DNA of 63,199 nucleotides, filler included, from Globobulimina sp. (Eukaryota): assembly GCA_003354225.1 (NCBI GenBank). It is 19 parts of 19 records of this genome, joined end to end, with 100 filler letters (N's around TTAATTAATTAA, not from the genome) between each part and the next. Parts side by side here need not be neighbours in the genome. Positions count along the whole stretch, not along the records: positions 1 to 3,235 come from PIVH01003348.1; positions 3,336 to 6,569 come from PIVH01003349.1; positions 6,670 to 9,903 come from PIVH01003350.1; positions 10,004 to 13,237 come from PIVH01003351.1; 15 more parts are not named here. The stretch is one strand, 5' to 3'. The position numbers were made by a program, and so were the translations under genes. Shown one piece after another: positions 1-10,497 of this stretch (its first letter is position 1; every line of letters starts with the position of its first letter). The notes under the pieces were generated by a model. That model saw only the letters and a program-made list of their open reading frames with translations, was not told the origin of the DNA and searched no databases.

Positions 1-708
1 TGTTATACAGAAATTGTTTTTAATTTGGTGAAACAATTCGTTTCCAGTAACACCTTTAATTTGTGCCATTGTTAACGTTTCGTAATGGAATTTGTGCATA
101 CATTGCTCATGTAATATATAACCAATTTGCATGATGTGCTGTGCTTCATCGTAATAAAATTTACCACATATTTGATTGATGCAATTTGGAATATATATAT
201 TATCACTAAAAGTAGCAATATATCCATCAACGACCAACTCATAACAATTTATATATGAATGATGCTCAAATTGTTTCAAAAATAACAAATCAATGTTAAC
301 GTGATCGCAGATTGTAATTGTTTGTAGTTTGGGTATCTTAGTGTTTGCGATAGTTTTCCATCCATAATCACAAACAGCATGTTGTTGAAACTCCAGTGTT
401 GGTTTTCGTGTCAATGCATGCTCTAAGAAACTGTCTGATGAGTCTGATAAATATGCATTGTCCGAGTTTGTTGTTTGTGCAATATAATCAGCACTTTGTT
501 GGTTCGAGAAAGAGGATGATTGAGATAAGGATTCTTCTGTTTCATTCTCTATTCGTGGACTATATTCATCTGTGAATTTAAATTCACATTCTGGTGTATC
601 ATTAGAGTACAATGTTAGCGGTGATGCTGAGTCAATCCTTTCGTTTTCTAGAAAATCATCATCGATTTCTCCTGTTATTAGTTCTAGTGCAGGTTGGATG
701 CAGCCCAT
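1..708 (-). CDS. Hypothetical protein, 3'-truncated, N-terminal MGC (possible acylation); paralog of the divergent gene at 902
   Basis: Absent from the ORF track because it runs off the contig. Manual translation from ATG 708 is open to base 1: MGCIQPALEL...CDYGWK...IDLLFLKQFEHHSYINCYELVVDGYIATFSDNIYIPNCINQICGKFYYDEAQHIMQIGY. Confidence 0.8.
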   Translation of the reverse strand, partial: MGCIQPALELITGEIDDDFLENERIDSASPLTLYSNDTPECEFKFTDEYSPRIENETEESLSQSSSFSNQQSADYIAQTTNSDNAYLSDSSDSFLEHALTRKPTLEFQQHAVCDYGWKTIANTKIPKLQTITICDHVNIDLLFLKQFEHHSYINCYELVVDGYIATFSDNIYIPNCINQICGKFYYDEAQHIMQIGYILHEQCMHKFHYETLTMAQIKGVTGNELFHQIKNNFCIT

Positions 709-901
709 GTTTGTTGGCAGTAGCAAGTAGCAACACAGTTTTTCAGCTTTCAAATTCTATCATATGCGAGTTCTATATACATGGTTGTTCTAACATTTTT
801 ACCACAAAAAACGCCAGTAAAATGTTTCAACATTGGTACTTGGACGAAGGTTAGAAAAGTTAGAACGAAGAAACCTAAAATCTAACTAAAAAACTTTAAT
901 C

Positions 902-2958
902 ATGGGTGACTGTCTTTCCTCTCCTCATACAGGATCTAATGTATGTTCTACAGTGTACGCAACGCCACAGAGTCCAATTGAACCGATATATACATTACAA
1001 AAACAGCCATATACAATAGCATCATTGCACCCACGTGAATGGAGCCAACAACAAATAATAGCGTGGCTACACCAAACCGGTAATTTATCAGATTTAATAA
1101 AACCATTTAAAAAACACAAAATAGCTGGTCTAACATTTGCACATTTAACATGCGATGAATTAAAAAACGAATTAAATATAACACAGTTTGGATTGGTTAA
1201 AGAATTTATATTATTACGAGATAAACTCTTATCTCATTATAATAAAGACTTAGAAACACATTCATATTCACATACACCGCATACTGATACCCCGTCGTCC
1301 ACACTCCACAACAAAGAGATGCCGACTTATTTATTAAACCAAATACAAAGTAACAACAACACCAATAACACGCATAATAATGACGACAAACCACGAGAAA
1401 CATCTCCATTGCTATCAGAAACACATAGTACTAATATTGCAGTGGTAAAAGACGATGATTGTTGTCTTGATAATTTAGTGCCGCCTACATCCAATGTAGA
1501 CGCTGATGGGCGAGATTCGATCAGTCGTAACAGACTGTTATGTGCAGACAGACATGGCTGGAAAGTTAAAAATAAAGAAGACAATGCAATGGTTACTGTA
1601 AACGACTTAAAATGGGAACAAATAGAAAACAAAAACTGTTCGACCTGTGTAAATACTAAAAATATCTATGATTATACGTTTATGCAACAATATAGAGACA
1701 TTTCCTATGTCGGTGGCTCCAAATTAGTAATCAATGGATGTATTCGTGCACTTTCATTGCTGATTGGTTGTAATGATTTTAATAATGAAAAAATATGCGA
1801 GTTGACGTATAAATATTATTTCGAACGTGAAAAACATGCATTTCAGTTTGGTTATGATGTATGGAAAATATTGTATAAAATAGATTTTATGTTTTCCGTA
1901 AATGGAGAAGAGTATAAAGCATTTCTTGGCAATTGTTTGGTGTCAGAAACCAGAAAAAAATATTGGAATAAGTACAGATTTGGCAATAATATGAGTTATT
2001 GTAATGATTTACTGTCATATGGTTATATTCAATTAATTGCTAAAAAACAAGGATTGGAAACAGCGGAAGATAATAATAATATGCATAATGAGTACATAAA
2101 TGATAATAAATATTTATACCAATTTATCAAAATCAAAAAACGCCAATTTAAAAAGTATCACAATTTCATAATAAATGGCGTAGATCGCAATAGTTGGTGT
2201 CGAGGTACTTCTGTTGAGATATTCAGCGAATCGTTGAATGGCTGGCAAATAGGTTTGTAAAATATTTATTGTCAGAAACAATTTCAGAGCGTTCTCACAA
2301 AGGCGGGTTTGCATATTTTGAGCACATATAACAAAAATACAAACCTGTTCGAATTTAATTATTCGCTGTTTGCGCAATACATATTTTCTGAACAGGTGAG
2401 ATTATAAATATTGATGTCGATGACAACATTGTTGTGTCATATATTAATGAACATAATGAGAGTGAGATTGATAGTAAATATTTATTAAAAACGGTTGGTA
2501 GAAATGAACTAAATTTAGTACGTTCGACCCGTGAATATGTTTTAAATCGAAATAAATGGGAAATTGGAATGGGAATTGAGATATTTAGCAATTCAGAGAT
2601 GAGATGGTGTGCAGCTATGATTGAATCAATTCGAGCAAAAGATACAAATAATAATGTTTGCATTGATTCGTTTCGGGTAAAATATAAAAAATATAGCGAC
2701 GGATTGTATTATACCAAAATAGTGAATCATTGGAGTTGTAATTGCAGAGATGTGCAAATTATAAATGATAAGCAATTGTTGACATATAAATATCAGAAAC
2801 AATGTCAAATTTGGTCCCAAGACAAACAGAAATGGATTGTGAATAATATAAAGGATATTATACCAAGACATAAATATGTTGTTGTGGAAAATCCAAAAAA
2901 TAAAATGGAAACAATTATTGATATAAATTCTGGATTTATACGATTATTAAATGAGTAA
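902..2958 (+). CDS. SAM-domain protein with three C-terminal Tudor/Agenet-like repeats; exons 902-2252 and 2396-2958
   Basis: SAM-like WSQQQIIAWL...FKKHKIAGLTF...ELNITQFG. A phase-1 intron 2253-2395 (GTTTGT...AACAG) joins the two ORFs in frame. Repeats WCRGTSVEIFSESLNGW, WEIGMGIEIFSNSEMRW, YQKQCQIWSQDKQKW. Confidence 0.8.
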
Positions 2959-3235
2959 TTTCCAAGTATTCAAGTCTTTGTATTTTTTTATGTTTTATGT
3001 TTTTGTTGATTGTTTGTTTTAATTTTAATTTTTGTTCACTCAAAAAATGTATAAAACGTACAGAATAAAAACAAAACATTTGTTATTTTGTGTTCTGTGC
3101 TCTTTGCCTATAAAAAAAACAATATCAACTTCACTGTTTTTCTCTGAAAAAAACAAATAGACAAAATATATTTACTGTTTCTCCACTGCTTCAAAAAATA
3201 GAACTTCATACAAAAAAAAGGTCATCATGATCTTT

Positions 3236-3335
3236 NNNNNNNNNNNNNNNNNNNNNNNNNNNNNNNNNNNNNNNNNNNNTTAATTAATTAANNNNNNNNN
3301 NNNNNNNNNNNNNNNNNNNNNNNNNNNNNNNNNNN
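3236..3335. other. Artificial contig-joining spacer (N44-TTAATTAATTAA-N44), first of 18
   Basis: Identical 100-nt spacers with six-frame stops start at 3236, 6570, 9904, 13238, 16571, 19904, 23236, 26568, 29899, 33230, 36561, 39891, 43221, 46551, 49881, 53211, 56541 and 59871. Contig lengths never increase, running from 3235 to 3229. Confidence 0.99.
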
Positions 3336-3468
3336 GCTATAAACAGGCAGTGTTTCAAAAACGAAATGTTTTGAATTCGTAATTTTAACAGGCAGTGTTT
3401 CAAAAACGAAATGTGTTTCAAACAGGTGTTTTTTTAAATCCCCACCAAAGTCATCGACAAAGCTAATA

Positions 3469-6223
3469 ATGTCAACCACTGAGACAAAAGAAAATGCTCT
3501 TTTTCCAGAATATATTGAAGTATTTGGTAGAATCGGTTACAGCAATGAAATGAATGGAATTTATCGAAAATCTCTAGATTTATGGCACGACCATCCACAA
3601 TGGAGACAAATCAATTTTGATGGTACGGAAATGCAACAATATTTCTGCATTCGTCGTGATCATGACACTGGCATTTGGATATTTGATTGGATAGAAATAC
3701 CAGAATGGGAGAGATATAATGCGTATATACATTGGGACGACAATACCACTGCACAATCACCATTACAATGCAGTAAACAATGGAAATGGTACAATCCAAC
3801 CACTAGCACATATGTCATTGATCCCGCCATCGCCATGCAAGAAAAACCAACCACCGAATATAAAGTTAAATTATATACACACATCATACTAAGTAACACA
3901 TATCATGCATGCATCAATAAAATAAAAAATAAAAAGAAATTACAGACTGCCTATGGTAGCGTCCCTGACGTCTTTGACGAATTAAAGCAGAGAGTGGCTG
4001 AGCTGGAAAGGCAGAATGAAAGTTTACAGACCGCACTGGCCCAACACCAGCAAGCCGACACCAAAGGGTTCAAGCGACATAGCAACGAATTCTGGGACAC
4101 CGTCAAAGGTAACAGCAAGGACCCTGAATATGTGAAGAAACTATTAAAAGATAAGGAAATACGCGTAAACGATGCAAACAGCACTGGAGAGACATTGTTG
4201 ATCTATGCGGCAATTATGGGGCATTATGAAACTGCGCAATTACTGATAAATATGGGTGCGGATATACAGCAGACGGACGACAAAGGACAGACGGCCATCG
4301 ACCATGCCATTGAATGGAATCAACATCACATACAACGCTTGTTATTATTAAACAGCATGGATGCCAACGTTGGTAACAGAATTGAAGAAACCTCGTACGA
4401 TTTGAAGATGCAAAATGGTATCATCTCCAATATAGTGAATACATTGGCGGACTATGACAGTACCACACGGCCATTCTTTCAAAACACAATGATCGATATA
4501 ATGATCAAGGTCATCGAGAAGAAATTGGCATTTTCTGATCAGTTATTAAATCTGTGCTGGCAGTTTATTATCGATAATGGCGAAGATCCGCTACAGTCGC
4601 AGCTATGGAAGACGTTGCAAGAAACGTGCGCCTCCATCATAGAGAGTGGCGATAAGAGGGACTGGTTTTACTTCAAAACGTTCATCAATCCCTCGCTGAT
4701 ATGGTACAGTAAAGTGCAACCAAACGAGGAGAAGACCGATGGGGATGAAGATGGCGCCGTGTATCTGTATTATAAATTATTTGGGCTCGTCAGTGGCGAG
4801 TCGCAGAGTCAAACGCAAGAACTAAAGAATGGCATCGACAGATTAGCAGAGCAGAACAAAGCGTCTTGGGATAGTTTGGTGAAATGGGACATTCCCGACG
4901 GCGAAATGAAGCCGCGACAGGACGCCATACCAAATGGTAATGCTTTATATAACTAATGTACTTATTATTTCATGTATTTTTTTGTTGCTTTAAGGTGTGG
5001 TGTCGCGGTATTCCAAAATTGAGATCTTATCGCAACAGATTTCAACGAATTTCGTGCCAGCTAAGTTTTGTGATTATAACCAGTATCTGTCGCAGTTGGT
5101 GTTGTTGGCGCAAACCGTCGACGATAGCTTCCAGAAATCGGTGCAGCAGATATTTGAAATCGATGATGTGACTAATTTGGGCAGCATTGAGTTGATTGGC
5201 GAGGAAAAGGGCAGCGGTGACGGCGTGATTGAATATATGCGGGGACCCTTGAAACAACTGTCGAGGGCTCGCAGTAAAGCAGAAAACGACTACGCCAAAG
5301 AAGAGTGGCCGACCAGTGCTTGCGTACTAGACTTCAATCGCTGTTCATTGGTATTCAACGACATTGCGACCATGTTGGCCGCCATTGACTTATTTGTCAA
5401 CAAAGTGGAATATTATAAGTCTGGCAATGTGATTGGAATCGTGCGGGACAAGAATGGTTTTATTGACTTTGTGAAAGAGACACAATACGCCGATATCAAA
5501 TTAAATGTGCTGCTGAAAGGCGATAAGAATAATATTATCGGAGAGGTGCAGTTTTTATTGCGCACTATGATGGATTACAAGAATAAAGCGCATAATTTGT
5601 ATGCCATCACTCGAGAACGGGAATACGTAGAAAATTGTGTGTCTGCGGTGTTGCCCATTCTGATGGATCCGGATAAGGAGCTATTCATTGCCGGCTCTAT
5701 GGGGGACACCAAAGCGTTGTGTCGGTTGATGACAATTAGCAATGCGACGCAAGCGGAAATTATGAAGGCTGACAACACGAATGATACCATCTTATCCAAT
5801 ATTTGCTACATTGGACATTTAAAGGCATTCAAATTTGTCAAGAATGTGCTTGATACGCAATTGTTTCTCGACCGCATGTTTATGAAAAGTGTATATATTC
5901 AGAACCCGATCGATTATGCCATTGTTTCGAGTGCTGGCGGCCCACAAAAACGAATCATTGAAATTATATTCAAGGATGCAAATGTTTTGCAGAGATTTGA
6001 AAGCGGTGATTATATGACGGCGACGGTCTGTTTTTGGACATTACAAAATTGCGTTGATATTAAATTAATAAAGTTTATTTTTGGTGCTTTGGGAATGGGC
6101 AATGAGAAATTTCAGAAATTGTTTGATCAAATAGAGGACAGAGGTGTTACTGCGACGGTTGCTATTCAAGGCAATGAAACCGCACAAAAGGCATTGCAGG
6201 ATTTGGGTTTAGTTTGGCAATGA
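3469..6223 (+). CDS. Ankyrin-repeat protein with a RelA/SpoT-like nucleotidyltransferase domain; probable introns 3865-3945 and 4937-4994
   Basis: Ankyrin repeats GETLLIYAAIMGHYETAQLLINMGAD and GQTAIDHA. Intron 4937-4994 (GTAATG...TTTAAG, phase 1) joins ORFs 3469 and 4997 in frame. Motifs GPLKQLSRARSK, LDFNRCSLVF, VRDKNGF, YADIKLNV, EVQF, KAHNLY. Confidence 0.72.
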
Positions 6224-6669
6224 AAAAAAATAAAATAATTATTGAATCGTATATATTTGTTATATATTTTAAATCAGTTCTGAATAACTATTTTTTTTTT
6301 GCTTAAAATGATAATATTTAGTAAACTGTTCATTAATCCGGGGGGGAATAATCCCATATTTTAGACAACAAATAATGATTGACATCATTAGGGGTTGTTC
6401 TTATATTGCGCAATATAAATTTGGACCTAGGACCTATGGTTATTGCAATTTATTGCAATTTAGACCTGAGTTGTGGGCTCTTAACGCAAGCTTATTTAGC
6501 ACAACAATATGGATCACAGACAAGTCTCGAGTTATTGCAATTTATTGCAATTAAGGATACCTAGGTCCTNNNNNNNNNNNNNNNNNNNNNNNNNNNNNNN
6601 NNNNNNNNNNNNNTTAATTAATTAANNNNNNNNNNNNNNNNNNNNNNNNNNNNNNNNNNNNNNNNNNNN

Positions 6670-6778
6670 ATCCAATACAATTCTCATGAACCACTGGCAT
6701 TATAGGCATTTTCATTTCCATGCATGTGTAAAAAATATCTTTAATTTTGTCTGATGACAATAAGTCGGAACTCGCCAT
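6670..6778 (-). CDS. 5' fragment of a divergent gene (MASSDLLSSDKIKDIFY...), truncated by the contig edge
   Basis: gccATGg context, open to the contig end, with a TATA box about 40 bp upstream. Confidence 0.45.
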
Positions 6779-6818
6779 GGCAATAAAGTGTTAGACTGAT
6801 ATCAACTAACAAGTATGT

Positions 6819-6873
6819 TATTTATATAGTGTAATGCGCGCATATCAAATGAATCAACCAGACTATATAAATA
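6819..6873. promoter_or_regulatory. Bidirectional promoter with two mirror-image TATA boxes
   Basis: TATTTATATAGT (6819-6830) and ACTATATAAATA (6862-6873) form a perfect 12-bp inverted repeat. Each points at an ATG in strong context (6778 minus, 6925 plus). Confidence 0.6.
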
Positions 6874-6924
6874 CAAAAACCTCTTTCGAAGTTACTGTGT
6901 TTTCCTGAATGGAAATTGTGGAAC

Positions 6925-7458
6925 ATGGCTGCTGTTGAAAACAATGAAGGCCAAAGCTCAACAACACCCTATGTTAATGATGGTGAGCAGAGCAGTGACA
7001 ATCAGAATGAGGAAAATATTGCTACATGGTTGGAGAAGTATAAGAATTTAATAGATGATTATACTTTTGTACCTAACAATGACCCTAATCATCTTTATAT
7101 AAACTACAACATAGTTGGAAAACAGTTGACAACAGAATTAATTATGATCCATTTACAAGAGATTTATGTAAGATACAACAGAAAAGGCATCAAACTTTAT
7201 GTCCAACCACAATTGGGATTCTTTTTGTATGATAGTATTGGAAACAAAATTGAAAAATACTTCTATAATAGCAGCAATACTTCAATTTTTCCCGCTTACA
7301 GACTTTTAAGTAATAGCACATTTAAAAAGTTAGAAAAGTATGTGAGTACAATATATGTAAAAGATTTTCCATCACAGATGAAGCAGATTGCAATGGAAAG
7401 AAGTACACTTGGATTTACTTTAATTACTAATATTGTTTATAGTGTTATTGTTGTATGA
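6925..7458 (+). CDS. Intronless 177-aa protein resembling the N-terminal region of Polinton/Maverick pPolB ORFs
   Basis: aacATGg start and AATAAA about 35 bp after the stop. KLYVQPQLGFFLYD..EKYFYNSSNTSIF..ERSTLGFTLITNIVY resembles the pattern FKINLSFGFIL..RYY.S.N..F..RP.SKW...TN as I recall it. Confidence 0.5.
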   Translation: MAAVENNEGQSSTTPYVNDGEQSSDNQNEENIATWLEKYKNLIDDYTFVPNNDPNHLYINYNIVGKQLTTELIMIHLQEIYVRYNRKGIKLYVQPQLGFFLYDSIGNKIEKYFYNSSNTSIFPAYRLLSNSTFKKLEKYVSTIYVKDFPSQMKQIAMERSTLGFTLITNIVYSVIVV

Positions 7459-8149
7459 TACTGATAAGTGAAAGTAATTTGTGCTCTGATAAATAAACAA
7501 AACTTAATGTGACAGTCTTCAGATACGTTCACAGTTTAAACTTTGACAATTTTATCTTTGTAATCTTTATCAAATATCGCCATTAACATTATGGGTGCAC
7601 TTTGAGTCCTATACATAAGCAAGACCATATCGCACATTTTACTAAAGTCACTTGTTTGCAACGGCCGATCGATCGACAAGGTGGTTTGTATTAAAATTTG
7701 TAGTTCATAGCTTAGATTTTATTTTGATATAATTACCCTTTTTCTACTTGGCGATAGCCCATAGAAGTTAATAGGAGTTCGTGTTGAGCGTTCTTTCATT
7801 TACTAGAAAACCGAACAATTGCTTAAAGTTTATATTTTAGTTACTGCTGGCTTTTTATTCCTAGATTACTTTGGTTTTGTGGATTTTAAATATACTTATT
7901 AAATATTGATCAAGTGGAATTGGTCAAGAATTTTTAGTGGAAACGGATGGACAACGAAATTGGTTGGCTATTTATATTTATTTATTTATTTAGTGGAAAA
8001 TTTTCAAATACAAATGGATGAACAGGTGAGTGAGTGAATGAGTAGTAAATAATTTTTATAAAAACATCGAGAACCGAGTGAAAAATTGGATACTAAGCCA
8101 GTGAAAATTTAACCAAATAACAAGAAGTGAATAATTTCACAAGGTGACC

Positions 8150-8862
8150 AATTTTCACTAAGTGCCAAAAAGTAACAAATTTTCACTAAGTGGAAAAAAG
8201 TGACAAATTTTCACTAAATGGAAAAAAGTGACAAATTTTCACTAAGTGGCAAAAAGTGAACAATTTTCACTAAGTGGCAAAAAGTGAACAATTTTCACTA
8301 AGTGTCAGAAAGTGACAAATTTTCAATAAGTGTCAGAAAGTGACAAATTTTCAATAAGTGTCAGAAAGTGATAAATTTTCACAAAGTGTCAGAAAGTGAT
8401 AAATTTTCACTAAGTCCCAGAAAGTGAACAATTTTCACTAAGTGGCAGAAAGTGAGAAAATTTCACTAAGTGGCAAAAGGTGAACAAATTTCACTAAGAG
8501 TCAGACAGTGAAAAATTTCACTAAGTGGCAAAAAGTGTCAATTTTCACAAAGTGGCAAAAAGTGTACAATTTTCACTAAGTGCCAGAAAGTGAAAATTTT
8601 CACAAAGTGTCAGAAAGTGAACAATTTTCACTAAGTCCCAGAAAGTGAACAATTTTCACTAAGTGCCAGAAAGTGACCAATTTTCACTAAGTGCCAAAAA
8701 GTGAGAAATTTTCACTGAGTGTCAGAAAGTGACAAATTTCATTAAGTGGCAAAAAGTGTCAATTTTCACTAAGTGGCAAAAAGTGTACAATTTTCATTAA
8801 GTGCCAGAAAGTGAACAATTTTCACTAAGTGCCAGAAAGTTATAAATTTCATTAAGTGGCAA
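8150..8862. repeat. Tandem array, about 25 copies of a 28-bp unit (AATTTTCACTAAGTGGCAAAAAGTGAAC)
   Basis: Directly visible. Units vary by substitutions and have no unique spacers. Confidence 0.95.
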
Positions 8863-9199
8863 ATGTGGAAAATGCCAGCCTGAACTATAGAGACGAATGA
8901 ATCGGTATGAAAATCCGTTCCTTATATATCATTATCATTGTTTGCACAGACGGCGGAAGGAAACATCAAAAATTGACAACTTTACATTATCTTGAAATAA
9001 CTGTCGATCATATGCCGGCAATGTAAATATCGAAGTCTCACCTGTCAATCTAAAATAGTCTATGTCAATAACTGTATAGATATATAAGCAGTGTATTTTC
9101 AGTACAATTCATTGTCTACCGTTACTATGCCTATTTCTCTCCAGTCTGAAGAAGTTCTGCATTTAATGTACTCTTCTTTTGAGACATGGAAATATCCGT

Positions 9200-9370
9200 G
9201 TACTTAGAAATATTCATCTCCTTTTTGTACTTAGAAATATTCATCTCCTTTTTGTACTTAGAAATATTCATCTCCTTTTTGTACTTAGAAATATTCATCT
9301 CCTTTTTGTACTTAGAAATATTCAACTACTTTCTGTACTTAGAAATATTCAACTACTTTTTGTACTTAGA
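9200..9370. repeat. Tandem array, 6 full plus 1 partial copies of 27-bp GTACTTAGAAATATTCATCTCCTTTTT
   Basis: Units start at 9200, 9227, 9254, 9281, 9308, 9335 and 9362. The first four are identical. Confidence 0.95.
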
Positions 9371-9426
9371 GAAATTTTCATCCACTTTTTTTTGGACATA
9401 GAAAATTTCATTCCTTTTTTGTCCAC

Positions 9427-9600
9427 TTTTTTGGATATTTTATTCTTGTAGTTTTCATTTATATATGTTGGTGCGCCAGGATATTATAACTTATTTTTGA
9501 AAATTTTCATCCAATTTTTTGGATATTTTATTCTTGTAGTTTTCATTTATATATGTTGGTGTATAACTTATTTTTGAAAATTTTCATCCACTTTTTTGGA
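9427..9600. repeat. Imperfect tandem duplication of about 85-90 bp
   Basis: TTTTTGGATATTTTATTCTTGTAGTTTTCATTTATATATGTTGGTG and TATAACTTATTTTTGAAAATTTTCATCCA each occur twice. Confidence 0.85.
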
Positions 9601-10109
9601 CATTCATTCATTTTGCATATTTTAATCTTGTAGTTTTCATTTGCGCGTACATGCGCGAGGGTTTTATAACTTATTAGTTTCTTCTGATGAGGTCCTGCTA
9701 ATAAGTTATGAGAGAAATTTTCATCGGAAAATTTATGGTGCGCGCTTATAAATAAAATGTCCAAGGTTGTGTTTGTCCGTTTTCTATGTGTCCAACACTC
9801 CTGTTGAACCGGTGGAACCTAGGGGTGTAATGGCCTTGGACGCCGGTATTATCATGCCAGAGAGTGTGGGATATGTCATTGCTCCAAAATGCCAATTGGT
9901 GTCNNNNNNNNNNNNNNNNNNNNNNNNNNNNNNNNNNNNNNNNNNNNTTAATTAATTAANNNNNNNNNNNNNNNNNNNNNNNNNNNNNNNNNNNNNNNNN
10001 NNNTTTCTTTTCTTTTTTTTTGTAATTAAGTAAGTATACAATTTTAATTCATTTGTACTTTAAGTGGGTTTTAGTAACATTATCCTTGCACATTCTTTAG
10101 ATAATAATG

Positions 10110-10454
10110 CTATATTAATCCCGGAGAATCTGAATGTTTTCTCATCATTTCAAGCATTTCTTGATGATCCTCATTTGTCACTGTGAATACGGATCTTTTC
10201 TCTTGTTTTTCTTTTTCCTTTTCGCTCTCCTCACTTTCAACATTCTCTTTATTTTCATATTCTTTGATTTGATTTGCACTTTGGTACATTATAAGATTTT
10301 TCCTTCGCTCCACATCCACGTAAGACGCCATCAACAAAGCAATTATTGTCAACACTCCAATAAAGACAACAGCCGCAAGTAATATCACAAAAACATCATC
10401 ATCAAATATACTTTCTTTTTCCTGTGGCGGTGCAATTATTGCAACACCCGACAT
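10110..10454 (-). CDS. Small single-pass membrane protein
   Basis: 114-aa ORF with one hydrophobic stretch (VFVILLAAVVFIGVLTIIALLMA) and a charged tail. It starts 43 bp from the divergent ATG at 10498. Confidence 0.6.
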   Translation of the reverse strand: MSGVAIIAPPQEKESIFDDDVFVILLAAVVFIGVLTIIALLMASYVDVERRKNLIMYQSANQIKEYENKENVESEESEKEKEKQEKRSVFTVTNEDHQEMLEMMRKHSDSPGLI

Positions 10455-10497
10455 GACATTATATAATTATATAAAAAAACTCTGACAGTCAAAAAAC

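Noticed and set aside
3288-3479. ORFs containing X runs or ending in spacers (also 9767, 19725, 29612, 36417, 43273, 56361, 56585)
   Set aside because: They run into artificial N spacers, and the stops come from the linker.
6423-6569. Short repeats at the ends of contig 2 (TTATTGCAATTTATTGCAATT twice, GGACCTAGG/CCTAGGTCC; also a duplication at 3341-3413)
   Set aside because: Probably the edges of repeats that broke the assembly; too little sequence to define an element.
8150-9370. Tandem arrays as CRISPR arrays
   Set aside because: The units are contiguous with no unique spacers, there are no cas genes, and the context is eukaryotic.
9131-9451. Repetitive ORFs (MNISKYKKE)n and the other frames
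   Set aside because: They are by-products of a 27-bp (3n) tandem repeat that is open in several frames.
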